Part shown: positions 12,361-22,316 of the stretch, piece after piece
Numbering within the stretch: position 1 is the stretch's first letter
Layout of the letters: each line of letters begins with the position of its first letter
NCBI GenBank assembly: GCA_963664225.1
Contig: OY760937.1
Span: 5,134,744 to 5,198,743, forward strand
DNA: 64,000 nucleotides
Origin: Verrucomicrobiia bacterium
GTDB taxonomy: Bacteria; Verrucomicrobiota; Verrucomicrobiia; Limisphaerales; UBA1319
Direction of reading: 5' to 3'
Translations under genes and position numbers: made by a program
The notes under the pieces: generated by a model
Databases searched by the model: none
The model's input: only the letters and a program-made list of their open reading frames with translations
Told to the model about the DNA's origin: nothing

Positions 12361-12996
12361 ATGGTTGATTTTATACTAATTTTGGTGGTGTTGACAAACT
12401 TCTGGCTCTTGGGGACGAGCCGGCTGGGTTCAAGTATTCGTGTGGTGGCTTTACAGGGTGTCCTGTTGGGCCTTCTGCCATTGGCGGCACATCTCCATGC
12501 CACTCCCATGCGTGTGATGGCTTTGGCGGCCGGGAGTATTCTGCTCAAGGGCATGGTTTTCCCACGGTTATTGTTTCGGGCCTTGCGCGAGGCGGATGTG
12601 ACGCGTGAAGCGGAGCCTTTTGTCGGTTACGTCCTCTCCCTTCTCATTGGGGTGATGGCGCTGGGTCTGTCGTTTTGGATGGGCGGCCGGTTGCGGATGG
12701 AAAGTCCGGTGGTCTCCGCCATGATCCTTCCCGTGGCCTTCTTCTCCCTCATGGCGGGATTCTTCCTGATTGTGGCGCGCAAAAAGGCGGTGCATCAGGT
12801 TCTTGGCTTTTTGGTGTTTGAAAACGGGGTTTACACTTTCGGTATTGGGGCGATGCAGGAAGCCACACTGCTGGTCGAACTGGGCATTCTACTGGATGTC
12901 TTCGTGGGTGTGTTTGTCATGGGTATCGCCATTTTTCACATCAGCCGCGAATTCGATCACACCGAGACGGATCGTTTGTCATCCCTGAAGGACTAA
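12361..12996 (+). CDS. Hydrogenase-4 component E-like membrane subunit
   Basis: 211-aa small polytopic membrane protein placed between the C-like and F-like subunits, as in hyf operons. Confidence 0.65.
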   Translation: MVDFILILVVLTNFWLLGTSRLGSSIRVVALQGVLLGLLPLAAHLHATPMRVMALAAGSILLKGMVFPRLLFRALREADVTREAEPFVGYVLSLLIGVMALGLSFWMGGRLRMESPVVSAMILPVAFFSLMAGFFLIVARKKAVHQVLGFLVFENGVYTFGIGAMQEATLLVELGILLDVFVGVFVMGIAIFHISREFDHTETDRLSSLKD

Positions 12997-12998
12997 GA

Positions 12999-14477
12999 AT
13001 GATCCCGGCATTGATACTGATTCCATTTTTCGCCGGTCTGGCGGCTTTTGCGCTCAGAATGACACAGGTGCGCCGGGGGTTGTTGGTCCTGGTGGCCGTG
13101 GTGCACTCCGCGCTGGTTCTATCCTGCTGGTTGCATCGGCCGGAGGCGGCATTGGGTGGCGGGCTGCAACTCGATTCGCTGGGCTTGATATTCCTATCCA
13201 TTGCCAGCGGGGTCTTTTTGGTGGCTTCCATTTACGCGCTAGGGTATTTGCGCATGCAACCTCTCCATCCGGAACCCGATCCAGAGGAGGGGCGGCTGTT
13301 CACCAACGCGCCCGAGGGGGTGTTTATTGGATGTTTGCTGATGTTTTTGTCCGCCATGACCCTGGTCACCACGAGCGAGCATTTGGGTTTGTTATGGATC
13401 GGGGTGGAAGCGACCACGCTGGCCAGCGCGCCGTTGATTTATTTCCATCGTCACCATCGGTCATTGGAAGCGGTGTGGAAGTATCTGTTGATTTGTTCAT
13501 TGGGCATTGCCCTGGCCTTGCTGGGCAATTTCTTTCTGGGTGTGGCGGGAACCCGTTTGCCCGATGGCGAGGACTCAATGATGGTTTCGGTCCTCGTCAA
13601 GAATGCCAGCCTGTTGCACGCGCCCTGGTTGCGCGCGGCGTTCATCCTGTTTTTAGTCGGTTACGGAACGAAGATGGGACTGGCCCCGCTGCACACATGG
13701 CTGCCGGACGCCTACAGCGAAGCCCCCTCCGTGGTCTCCGCGTTGCTATCCGGGGCGTTGTCGAATTGCGCTTTCCTGGGAGTCCTCCGGGTGCTGCAAA
13801 TCTGCGTGGCCGCGAACCAGGGCGATTTCGCCCGGGAATTGATGGTGATCATGGGACTGCTCTCGATGGGCGTGGCGGCAGTGTTCATTCTCAAACAGGC
13901 CGATTACAAGCGCCTTCTGGCTTATTCCAGCGTCGAGAACATGGGGATCATGAACCTCGGCGTGGGATTGGGCGGGGTGGGGGCCTTTGGTTCCATGCTT
14001 CACGCCGTGAACCATTCGCTTATCAAGACGATGCTGTTTTTGGTCGCGGGAAACATTCTGATGGTTTTCAAATCCAAATCCGTAAGCGCCGTTCGTGGCA
14101 TGTTCCGCGTAATGCCCGCATCCGGTGTTTTATGGATTGCTGGATTTTTGGCCATCACGGGCACGCCACCGTTCGGACCGTTCTTGAGCGAATTTACGAT
14201 TCTAAAAGCGGCCTTTGCGAATGGACGTTTTGTGGTGGGCGGCTTGTATATGTTTCTGTTGGCGGTGATTTTTATCGGTATGTCCACTGTCTTTCTGCGC
14301 ATGGCGCAAGGCACTCCTGATGCCTCCAATGCGGCGGACCGGGGCAGCCTTCATCCATTGATGATCTGGCCGCCGGCCGTGCTGTGCGTCGCGGTTTTGA
14401 TGTTGGGAGTCTATATTCCGCCAGCGTTGGCAGGTGTATTGATGGAGGCTGCAAAGACTGTGGGAGGCTTGGTATGA
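12999..14477 (+). CDS. Hydrogenase-4 component F-like antiporter subunit (NuoN/NuoM family)
   Basis: 492 aa; WLPDAYSEAPSVVSALLSG and LLAYSSVENMG antiporter-family motifs. Confidence 0.85.
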   Translation: MIPALILIPFFAGLAAFALRMTQVRRGLLVLVAVVHSALVLSCWLHRPEAALGGGLQLDSLGLIFLSIASGVFLVASIYALGYLRMQPLHPEPDPEEGRLFTNAPEGVFIGCLLMFLSAMTLVTTSEHLGLLWIGVEATTLASAPLIYFHRHHRSLEAVWKYLLICSLGIALALLGNFFLGVAGTRLPDGEDSMMVSVLVKNASLLHAPWLRAAFILFLVGYGTKMGLAPLHTWLPDAYSEAPSVVSALLSGALSNCAFLGVLRVLQICVAANQGDFARELMVIMGLLSMGVAAVFILKQADYKRLLAYSSVENMGIMNLGVGLGGVGAFGSMLHAVNHSLIKTMLFLVAGNILMVFKSKSVSAVRGMFRVMPASGVLWIAGFLAITGTPPFGPFLSEFTILKAAFANGRFVVGGLYMFLLAVIFIGMSTVFLRMAQGTPDASNAADRGSLHPLMIWPPAVLCVAVLMLGVYIPPALAGVLMEAAKTVGGLV

Positions 14478-15949
14478 GCAGCACCTCGGCCTGTGTGACG
14501 CATAACGCGGTGCCCGTGAAGTGGGTGGATATTTCCGTTCTGCCCATTGCGGATTTTCGCGCGGCCATTCTCCGGGAAGCCAGCCTCGGAAACCGAATGG
14601 CGGCTTTGTTTGGAATTCCATCGAAAGAGGGCGGTCTTAGATTGCTGGGTGTCATGGCCAATGGCGGTTCCAGCGCGTTATCGTTGTATTCGACACCGGT
14701 CAAGGATCGGTATCCATCATTGACTCCTGAGTGTCCTCAAGCGCAGGGGTTTGAGCGGGAGATATTCGAGCAATGGGGAGTGATGCCAGAGGGCCATCCG
14801 TGGCTTAAACCCGTGCGCGCCACCTCTTCTGCGACTTCGGCATCGCCGTTTTTTGTCGTGGATGGTGTTGAGGTTCATGAAGTGGCAGTTGGGCCGGTCC
14901 ATGCCGGAATCATCGAACCCGGTCATTTCCGTTTTCAATGCCACGGCGAGCAGGTGTTCCACCTGGAAATATCGTTAGGCTATCAACACCGGGGCATTGA
15001 GCGGCGCCTGGTCGGCGGGCCTGACCGTCGGACGATGCATTACATGGAGACCGCCGCAGGCGATACGACGGTCGGTCATGCCAGCGCCTATTGCCAGGCT
15101 GTCGAGGCGCTATCGGGATGCAACGTGTCAGCACGAGCCCAGGTTTTACGGGCCGTCGCGTTGGAACTGGAGCGTCTGGCCAATCATACCGGAGACCTCG
15201 GTGCAATGGCCGGGGACATCGGTTTTCTGCCCACCTCGTCGTTTTGCGGTCGGATTCGTGGCGATTTTCTCAATATGACCGCGCTGCTGTGCGGGAGTCG
15301 GTTTGGTCGGAATTTGGTGCAGCCCGGGGGTTTGGGATTCGAGGCGGAGCCGGAACGATTGGAAAAACTGGGCGCTCAATTGGACCGCGCATTGAAGGAT
15401 GTCACGGTTGCGTGTAACCTTCTTTGGAATACCACTACTGTGCGCGCGCGTTTTGAAAATACAGGCACCCTGAAAAATCAGGATTGTCTGGATCTGGGTC
15501 TGGTAGGTGTTGCGGCCAGGGCCTGCGGTGTCGAACGGGATGTGAGGCACGAGTTTTCCGGGGGAGCGTATCGGTTTTTCCAATTGCCTGTTTCGACCTT
15601 TAACTCCGGCAACGTATTCGGACGTGCATACGTCCGCTGGATGGAAATTCAACGTTCGATCGCCTTCATTAAGGATATGATTCGAACGATGCCTGGCGGC
15701 GAAATTCGTCAGCCGATGGATGAATTGGCGGCCGGTTCTCTGGTGGTTTCGATGGTTGAAGGATGGCGTGGGGAGATCTGCCATGTCGCCACCACGGACG
15801 ATGCGGGACGGTTCCGACATTATAAGGTAATCGATCCGTCCTTTCATAATTGGATGGGGTTGGCTTATGCAATGCGCGATCAGCAAATCTCCGATTTTCC
15901 GCTGTGTAACAAGAGTTTCAATCTTTCCTACTGTGGCCACGATCTTTAA
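14474..15949 (+). CDS. NuoC-NuoD-like 'large subunit' homolog (HycE/HyfG family) lacking the NiFe-binding cysteines
   Basis: Aligns to the HycE core (GPVHAGIIEPGHFRF ... LELERLANH), but the L1 motif RxCGxC is replaced by DTTV and the C-terminal DPCxxC is degenerate (NLSYCG). Start taken at the ATG overlapping the previous stop. Confidence 0.8.
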   Translation: MSSTSACVTHNAVPVKWVDISVLPIADFRAAILREASLGNRMAALFGIPSKEGGLRLLGVMANGGSSALSLYSTPVKDRYPSLTPECPQAQGFEREIFEQWGVMPEGHPWLKPVRATSSATSASPFFVVDGVEVHEVAVGPVHAGIIEPGHFRFQCHGEQVFHLEISLGYQHRGIERRLVGGPDRRTMHYMETAAGDTTVGHASAYCQAVEALSGCNVSARAQVLRAVALELERLANHTGDLGAMAGDIGFLPTSSFCGRIRGDFLNMTALLCGSRFGRNLVQPGGLGFEAEPERLEKLGAQLDRALKDVTVACNLLWNTTTVRARFENTGTLKNQDCLDLGLVGVAARACGVERDVRHEFSGGAYRFFQLPVSTFNSGNVFGRAYVRWMEIQRSIAFIKDMIRTMPGGEIRQPMDELAAGSLVVSMVEGWRGEICHVATTDDAGRFRHYKVIDPSFHNWMGLAYAMRDQQISDFPLCNKSFNLSYCGHDL

Positions 15950-15955
15950 GAGGAC

Positions 15956-16759
15956 ATGATTAAAGCGCTTTTAGCACGAAAACAGCAGGGATGCCGAACA
16001 ATCGGTTATCCTGATTCCGCGCCGGTATTGCCGGAGCGTTTTCGCGGGCGGCCGTTGGTGGATGCCAACCTGTGCGAGCTGCAGTGTCACTCCTGCGTGG
16101 AGGCTTGTCCCACGGGCGCCATCGCCCTTTCCGGAAATCAATTGGAGTTTGATTTGGGGCGCTGCCTCTTTTGCCTGGATTGCTCAGAAGCATGTCCGAA
16201 AGGCGCGATCCAACATTCCAAGGATCACAGCATGGCTGCGCGGCGCCGGTCGGATTTGGTCGTCCGCAACGGGACGACTCAGGCCCTGGCAAAGGCTTTG
16301 GACGCCCAGTCTCAAAAGGTCTTCGGACATTCCCTGAAGCTGCGCCAGGTCAGCGCTGGTGGATGCAACGCGTGCGAGGCGGATGTCAACGTTTTGGGAA
16401 CCGTTGTGTTCGATCTGGGGCGTTTTGGCATTCAATTTGTGGCCTCGCCCCGTCATGCCGACGGTATTCTGGTGACAGGTCCGGTAACAGCTAATATGCG
16501 TCTGGCGCTGGAAAAGACCTTTGAAGCCATTCCGTCCCCGAAATTTGTGATTGCCGTTGGCGCATGCGCGATTTCTGGAGGCCCTTTTGTGGATCATAAG
16601 GAAGTGAATAACGGCGCGGAAAATGTGATTCCGGTCGATTTGTTCATACCTGGCTGCCCGCCGCATCCCATCACCATTTTGGATGGTTTATTGCGGTTGC
16701 TTGGGCGATTGCAGGAGCCCGCTCAGGCGGTTTCCAGCGAAAAGGCGGCTCTGACATGA
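15956..16759 (+). CDS. Fused 2x[4Fe-4S] ferredoxin (HycF/NuoI-like) and small subunit (HycG/NuoB-like)
   Basis: N-terminus has two CxxCxxCxxxCP motifs; C-terminus has NuoB-like GGCNAC...SPRHADGILVTG...GACAISGG...PGCPP cluster-binding motifs. Confidence 0.8.
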   Translation: MIKALLARKQQGCRTIGYPDSAPVLPERFRGRPLVDANLCELQCHSCVEACPTGAIALSGNQLEFDLGRCLFCLDCSEACPKGAIQHSKDHSMAARRRSDLVVRNGTTQALAKALDAQSQKVFGHSLKLRQVSAGGCNACEADVNVLGTVVFDLGRFGIQFVASPRHADGILVTGPVTANMRLALEKTFEAIPSPKFVIAVGACAISGGPFVDHKEVNNGAENVIPVDLFIPGCPPHPITILDGLLRLLGRLQEPAQAVSSEKAALT

Positions 16760-16844
16760 GGCGCTGTAATTTAAAAAAACTGACTTTAGCCGTGGTTGGG
16801 CTTAAAACTGAGCCTTACCCGGTTATTTATCCGAGTTGTTTGTG

Positions 16845-17252
16845 ATGAAAAATGTAATCGAAATTTTGTATAGCCTTCAACAGTTGGAACTGGGAGGTGA
16901 GTCTGATTCTCCGAAGACAGCGGAGGAGATTAGTAATTTGCGCAAAGGCGTGCCAACGCCGATCATGGGGCATTACGACCGGTTGAGGGCTCGTGGAAAG
17001 AAAGGAGTGGCGATTGTCCGCAATTCCGTCTGCACCGAGTGCCATATGAAGCTGGCCACCGGCATTAATGCCGAACTGATTCGCGCCGAAGACATTCTGA
17101 TCTGCGATAGTTGCGGGCGTTACTTGCTGGCCGCAAACGAATCGGCGGAATCCTCCGTCGAAGTCGCGCCTCCGGTTGAAACAGCGCCGGTCGCCAAGAA
17201 GAAAGCCGTTCGCAAACGGACCAAGAAATCCGAACTTCCTGCCGCATCTTGA
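16845..17252 (+). CDS. C4 zinc-ribbon domain protein
   Basis: About 135 aa; CTECHMKL...CDSCGRYL paired Cys motifs (zf-RING_7-like); Lys-rich C-terminus. Confidence 0.5.
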   Translation: MKNVIEILYSLQQLELGGESDSPKTAEEISNLRKGVPTPIMGHYDRLRARGKKGVAIVRNSVCTECHMKLATGINAELIRAEDILICDSCGRYLLAANESAESSVEVAPPVETAPVAKKKAVRKRTKKSELPAAS

Positions 17253-17492
17253 AATAGCTGCGATTTAAGAAGAAGGCTCGCCGGGCGGGCAACGATCAAT
17301 GTCGTTTCCCTGCGGAGTTGTTTTTGCAGTTTCTTCAGTTGTTGATGGCTGCTTTTGCGCTTTTGGAGCGCAGTTGTGCCGCATTTGATTCAAAACTCAG
17401 GCTTCAACAGCCATTCCTGATCCACACGGCCCGTCGCTAATGCTGCTGCTCCAGTAATGCAGACAATCTAATAATAGGTATTACTCTAAATA

Positions 17493-17520
17493 TTGACTTT
17501 GGCGCATTCACCCTTATATT
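17493..17520 (+). promoter_or_regulatory. Sigma-70-like promoter (TTGACT-N16-TATATT), with an overlapping AT-rich near-palindrome as a candidate Fur box
   Basis: Near-consensus -35/-10 elements about 60 nt upstream of the Fur-family gene; TAATAGGTATTA imperfect palindrome just upstream. Confidence 0.45.
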
Positions 17521-17578
17521 GCCCCAAGGTGAATACGAGTCGGAATGATGAGTTGACTGGAACTGAGGGTCGCGAGCG

Positions 17579-18065
17579 AATGGCCACCAATGGTTACCGC
17601 TTGACGCCACAGCGCAGACAGGTTTACAGCATTCTGCTGAACCAGAGGGATCATCCCACCGCCAACGAGGTTTTCCTCAGGGCCAAGCAGGTCATGCCCG
17701 ATATCTCCATGGCCACGGTTTATAACTGTCTCGACGCGCTGGTGGAATGCGGTTTGGTGCGCCAAGTCAATCTGGACCGGTCGGCAACCCGTTTTTGTCC
17801 GAATATGGATCCGCATTGTCACTTCTTTTGCGAGAAGTGCGGTCACATATTTGACATCGATTTCGATCCTCAATCCATGCGCACCGAGGTGAGCATTCCG
17901 GCAGGATTCGAGGTGACGCATTTTGGACTGGCCTTGCGCGGGAAATGCCCTCAATGCGCGGCGACGGCGCACCCGCAACCGACCCGCAAAGATCAGGGTC
18001 CGACCGATGAACCTTCAATGGCTGCCAACGAGACAGCCCTTGGCAATGGCGCCCGAGGCGATTAA
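17579..18065 (+). CDS. Fur-family metalloregulator (Fur/Zur/PerR)
   Basis: YRLTPQRRQVYSIL winged-helix, HCHFFCEKCGHIFD metal-binding region; sits immediately upstream of sufB. Confidence 0.8.
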
Positions 18066-18181
18066 GTCGGTTCCAATGCAAATACTTGGGCGGAATTTTG
18101 ACAAACCTCTGAAGTGCGTTAAGTTAACATTGGAATGAGAATTAGTCTCAATATTGAATCACGGAAGCATTTTGAAATCGC

Positions 18182-19639
18182 ATGAACTCTGGCACTGAAA
18201 GCACTGAAACCATCGATCAATTCGTTCAAGGCGAGTATAAATTTGGCTTTGTTACGCAGATTGATTCGGACGCGGCACCCATCGGCCTGACCGAAGACAC
18301 GGTTCGGTTTATTTCGGCCAGGAAGAACGAACCGCCGTTTCTGCTGGAGTGGCGTCTGAAAGCTTACCGGCACTGGCTGACGATGAAACCGCCGGTGTGG
18401 CCGAATGTTCAATTTCCGCCGATCGATTATCAGAAAATAATTTTCTATTCGGCGCCCAAGCAGGCGAAGCCGGGACCCAAGAGCCTGGACGAGGTGGATC
18501 CCAAGCTGATTGAAACCTACAAGAAACTCGGCATTCCCTTGCATGAGCAAATGCGTCTGGCCGGAGTGGCCGTGGATGCGGTGTTCGATAGCGTGAGCGT
18601 GGCCACCACGTTCAAGGAAAAGCTCAGCGAGCTTGGAGTCATCTTTTGTTCCTTCTCCGAGGCGGTGCGCGAGCATCCCGACCTGGTGCGCAAGCATTTG
18701 GGATCGGTGGTTCCGCACACGGATAATTATTATGCGGCCTTGAATTCGGCGGTATTCAGCGACGGCTCATTTTGTTACATCCCCAAGGGGGTGCGATGCC
18801 CGATGGAACTCTCCACCTATTTCCGCATTAACGCGGCGAATACAGGACAGTTCGAACGCACTCTCATCGTCGCCGAGCCGGGAAGCTATGTGAGTTATCT
18901 GGAGGGTTGCACGGCGCCCATGCGGGATGAAAACCAACTGCACGCCGCCGTGGTGGAATTGGTCGCGATGGACGATGCGGAGATCAAATACTCCACGGTG
19001 CAGAACTGGTATCCAGGCGATGAGCAGGGCAAGGGCGGCATCTACAATTTCGTGACCAAACGCGGCATGGCCCGGGGACGGAACTCGAAAATATCGTGGA
19101 CTCAGGTCGAGACGGGCTCGGCGATTACATGGAAATATCCGAGTGTCGTTCTCCTGGGCGACAATTCGACAGGTGAGTTTTACTCGGTGGCCCTGACCAA
19201 TCATTACCAGCAGGCCGACACGGGAACCAAGATGATCCACATTGGCAAGAATACGCGCAGCACCATAGTCTCCAAGGGTATTTCCGCCGGTCATGGCCAG
19301 AACAGTTACCGGGGACTCGTGAAGGTGATGAAAGGCGCCGATGGGGCGCGCAATTATTCGCAATGCGATTCGCTGCTGCTGGGCGACAAGTGCGGCGCGC
19401 ATACGTTCCCCTATATCGAGACCATGAATCCGACCGCGCAGGTGGAGCACGAGGCCTCCACATCGAAGATTGGCGAGGACCAGATCTTTTATTGCAATCA
19501 GCGCGGCCTGGATACCCAGGATGCGGTAAGCATGATTGTCAATGGATATTGCAAGGAAGTGTTCAAGCATCTGCCGATGGAGTTTGCGGTGGAGGCCCAG
19601 AAGCTTCTCGGGGTGAGTTTGGAAGGCAGCGTGGGTTGA
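18182..19639 (+). CDS. sufB: Fe-S cluster assembly protein SufB
   Basis: 485 aa; strong SufB similarity throughout. Confidence 0.93.
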   Translation: MNSGTESTETIDQFVQGEYKFGFVTQIDSDAAPIGLTEDTVRFISARKNEPPFLLEWRLKAYRHWLTMKPPVWPNVQFPPIDYQKIIFYSAPKQAKPGPKSLDEVDPKLIETYKKLGIPLHEQMRLAGVAVDAVFDSVSVATTFKEKLSELGVIFCSFSEAVREHPDLVRKHLGSVVPHTDNYYAALNSAVFSDGSFCYIPKGVRCPMELSTYFRINAANTGQFERTLIVAEPGSYVSYLEGCTAPMRDENQLHAAVVELVAMDDAEIKYSTVQNWYPGDEQGKGGIYNFVTKRGMARGRNSKISWTQVETGSAITWKYPSVVLLGDNSTGEFYSVALTNHYQQADTGTKMIHIGKNTRSTIVSKGISAGHGQNSYRGLVKVMKGADGARNYSQCDSLLLGDKCGAHTFPYIETMNPTAQVEHEASTSKIGEDQIFYCNQRGLDTQDAVSMIVNGYCKEVFKHLPMEFAVEAQKLLGVSLEGSVG

Positions 19640-19672
19640 CGCAGAAAGAAATTACAGAAGGAAAATTGAATT

Positions 19673-20431
19673 ATGTTGGAAATCAAGAATCTGACGGCGC
19701 GAATCGGCGATAAGGAAATTTTGCGAGGCATTAATCTCTCGGTGAAACCCGGAGAAGTGCATGCGATCATGGGGCCCAATGGCAGCGGTAAAAGCACGCT
19801 GGCACAGGTGTTGGTTGGGCGTCCCGAGTATCAGGTGACCGCCGGAGAAGTCGTCTATCAGGGGAAGGATCTCTTGGGATTGAAGCCCGAGGAACGCGCG
19901 CGGGAAGGGGTATTTCTCGCTTTCCAGTATCCGGTGGAAATTCCTGGAGTGAACTGCACCTATTTTTTGAAAACGGCATTGAATGCGGTCAGAAAACATC
20001 GCGGGTTGGAGCCTTTGGACGCCATCGATTTTCTGGCCCACATCAAGGACAAGATGAAGCTGCTCGAATTGGATCAGGCGCTGTTGAACCGCCCGGTCAA
20101 CGAGGGTTTCTCCGGCGGCGAGAAGAAGCGCAACGAAGTGTTTCAGATGGCTGTTCTCGAGCCTTCGCTGGCGATCCTGGATGAAACAGATTCCGGCCTG
20201 GACATCGATGCCTTGCGGATTGTGGCCGAGGGCGTCAACCGCCTCAAGCGGCCGACTCAGGCTCAGATCGTCATCACGCACTATCAACGCCTGCTCAACT
20301 ATATCGTGCCCGATTTTGTGCACGTGCTTTACAACGGGCGCATCGTCAAGAGCGGCGGCAAGGAACTGGCTCTGGCCCTTGAGGAAAAGGGTTATGACTG
20401 GATCATTGATGAAGTCGGTGTGAAGAATTGA
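19673..20431 (+). CDS. sufC: Fe-S cluster assembly ATPase SufC
   Basis: 252 aa; Walker A GPNGSGKST; SufC family. Confidence 0.93.
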   Translation: MLEIKNLTARIGDKEILRGINLSVKPGEVHAIMGPNGSGKSTLAQVLVGRPEYQVTAGEVVYQGKDLLGLKPEERAREGVFLAFQYPVEIPGVNCTYFLKTALNAVRKHRGLEPLDAIDFLAHIKDKMKLLELDQALLNRPVNEGFSGGEKKRNEVFQMAVLEPSLAILDETDSGLDIDALRIVAEGVNRLKRPTQAQIVITHYQRLLNYIVPDFVHVLYNGRIVKSGGKELALALEEKGYDWIIDEVGVKN

Positions 20432-20437
20432 TCCGGC

Positions 20438-21868
20438 GTGAAACCAACAGACGCTTTTATGAATTCGACAGGCACATTGGAAGCAACGGGAGTGAGGGAA
20501 TCGGATTATTTCCTGACGGAGTTCGAGCGGTTGCTTGCTTTGGAACCCCGTGAGACTCCGCTTTGGCTGCGCGCGATTCGCAAGTCAGGAATCGCCCATT
20601 TCGCGGATTCCGGTTTTCCAACCATGCGGGATGAGGAATGGAAATACACCAATCTGGAGATCTTGCGTGACAGGCAGTTTTTGACCGCTGTAAGTGATTC
20701 GGCATTGGAACCTACCGCCGCCGTTCTCGCGCGTGTGCCCTGGTTTAACACCATTCCACGGCGCGTTGTTTTTGTGAATGGACATTTTGCGTCCGGTTTA
20801 TCCAACTGCCCGGAGACTGATGGCGGACTTAAGATCTCGAGTTTGCGCAGGGCCATTCAGGAGGATCCCCGCGCGATCGAACATCATCTGGCCCGGTACG
20901 CTCTGCCATCGGACCAGCCATTCGTCGCCTTGAACACGGCCTTTTTCCAGGACGGCGCGTTCATTCACGCGGGAAAAAGCGTGGACGACCGGGTCCCGGT
21001 GCATTTGATATTCATTGCGACTCGTCCAGATGCTGGAGTGGCATTTCAAACCCGGAATTTGATTGTCGCGGAGGCGGACAGCCGGCTGGCGGTTGTGGAA
21101 ACCTATATCAGTCTGGGCGCTGAGCAGTATTTTACAAACAGCGTAAGCGAGATTGTTTTGGGCGAAAATGCGACGGTGGAGCATTTGAAAATCCAGCAGG
21201 AGAGCGCCGCAGCTTGTCACATGGCAACCATTCAGGCGCATCAAGCCGCAAACAGTCATTTTACATCCCATTCCATCGCGCTTGGCGCGCGGGTGGCGCG
21301 CAACGATATTCGCGCCGTTTTCGATGGATCCGGCGCGGAGTGCCTGATGAACGGACTCTACATTGCCTCGGATCATCAACTGACCGATCACCATACTGTG
21401 ATCGATCATGCGAAACCCAATTGCTCCAGTCATGAGCATTATCAGGGCATCATGGCGGGTTCGGCCCGTGGCGTGTTCAATGGAAAAATCTTTGTCCGCA
21501 AGGACGCCCAAAAAACGGACGCCAAACAGACCAATCGCAATCTGCTCCTTTCAGAAAACGCGGTGATCGATACCAAGCCCCAATTGGAAATCTTTGCCGA
21601 CGACGTGAAATGCACGCATGGCGCGACTGTGGGGCAACTGTCCCAAGAGGCGCTGTTCTATTTGCGTTCGCGGGGCATTGGCATCGAGGAGGCGCGGCGC
21701 ATGTTGATTCAAGCTTTTGCAAGCCAGGTATTGGGCCGCATTGGCATTCAAGGGGTGGTGCCGCTGTTGGAGAAGTGCATTTTGGAGATCATCGGCAGGA
21801 TCGAATTGCCGGACAACGCGACTAGTCATAAGAACGCCGTTTCCGATGAAAGGAGTTCCCATGCCTGA
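20438..21868 (+). CDS. sufD: Fe-S cluster assembly protein SufD
   Basis: 476 aa; SufB/SufD fold; gene order between sufC and sufU. Confidence 0.85.
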   Translation: MKPTDAFMNSTGTLEATGVRESDYFLTEFERLLALEPRETPLWLRAIRKSGIAHFADSGFPTMRDEEWKYTNLEILRDRQFLTAVSDSALEPTAAVLARVPWFNTIPRRVVFVNGHFASGLSNCPETDGGLKISSLRRAIQEDPRAIEHHLARYALPSDQPFVALNTAFFQDGAFIHAGKSVDDRVPVHLIFIATRPDAGVAFQTRNLIVAEADSRLAVVETYISLGAEQYFTNSVSEIVLGENATVEHLKIQQESAAACHMATIQAHQAANSHFTSHSIALGARVARNDIRAVFDGSGAECLMNGLYIASDHQLTDHHTVIDHAKPNCSSHEHYQGIMAGSARGVFNGKIFVRKDAQKTDAKQTNRNLLLSENAVIDTKPQLEIFADDVKCTHGATVGQLSQEALFYLRSRGIGIEEARRMLIQAFASQVLGRIGIQGVVPLLEKCILEIIGRIELPDNATSHKNAVSDERSSHA

Positions 21869-22313
21869 CGATCTGAACGAGCTTTATCAGGAGGTGATTC
21901 TTGACCACAGCAAGAACCCCAAGAATTTTGCGCCTTTGGATGATGCCAACCGCATGGCCCAGGGTCGAAATCCGGTTTGCGGTGATCAGGTGACCATCTT
22001 CATGAATGTGGAAGAGGGCGTGATCAAGGACATCACCTTTCAAGGCTCGGGTTGCGCCATTTCCAAGGCTGCGGCCTCGATGATGACCTCAAGCCTGAAG
22101 GGCAAGTCCATCGCCGAAGCCAAAACATTGTTCGATAAGGTGCAGGAGATTGTCACGACAGGGGAAGGCAACCTGGACGAAGTGGGCAAGCTGGCCGCGT
22201 TTGCCGGTGTGCACAAATTTCCGGCCCGCGTGAAGTGCGCCATGCTGCCATGGCGGGCGGCCATCGCGGCAATGGAGCACCCCGAAATCAAGGAGAATGT
22301 TACAACCGAGTAA
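21861..22313 (+). CDS. sufU: SUF-system NifU-like scaffold protein SufU
   Basis: 150 aa; NPVCGDQVTI...GSGCAISKA...AMLPW motifs with three conserved Cys; start overlaps the sufD stop. Confidence 0.85.
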   Translation: MPDDLNELYQEVILDHSKNPKNFAPLDDANRMAQGRNPVCGDQVTIFMNVEEGVIKDITFQGSGCAISKAAASMMTSSLKGKSIAEAKTLFDKVQEIVTTGEGNLDEVGKLAAFAGVHKFPARVKCAMLPWRAAIAAMEHPEIKENVTTE

Positions 22314-22316
22314 ATC

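Noticed and set aside
13331-14320. 329-aa ORF in an alternative frame inside the hyfF-like gene
   Set aside because: It overlaps a strongly supported membrane-subunit CDS in another frame. Its Arg/Gly-rich composition is typical of GC-rich off-frame translation.
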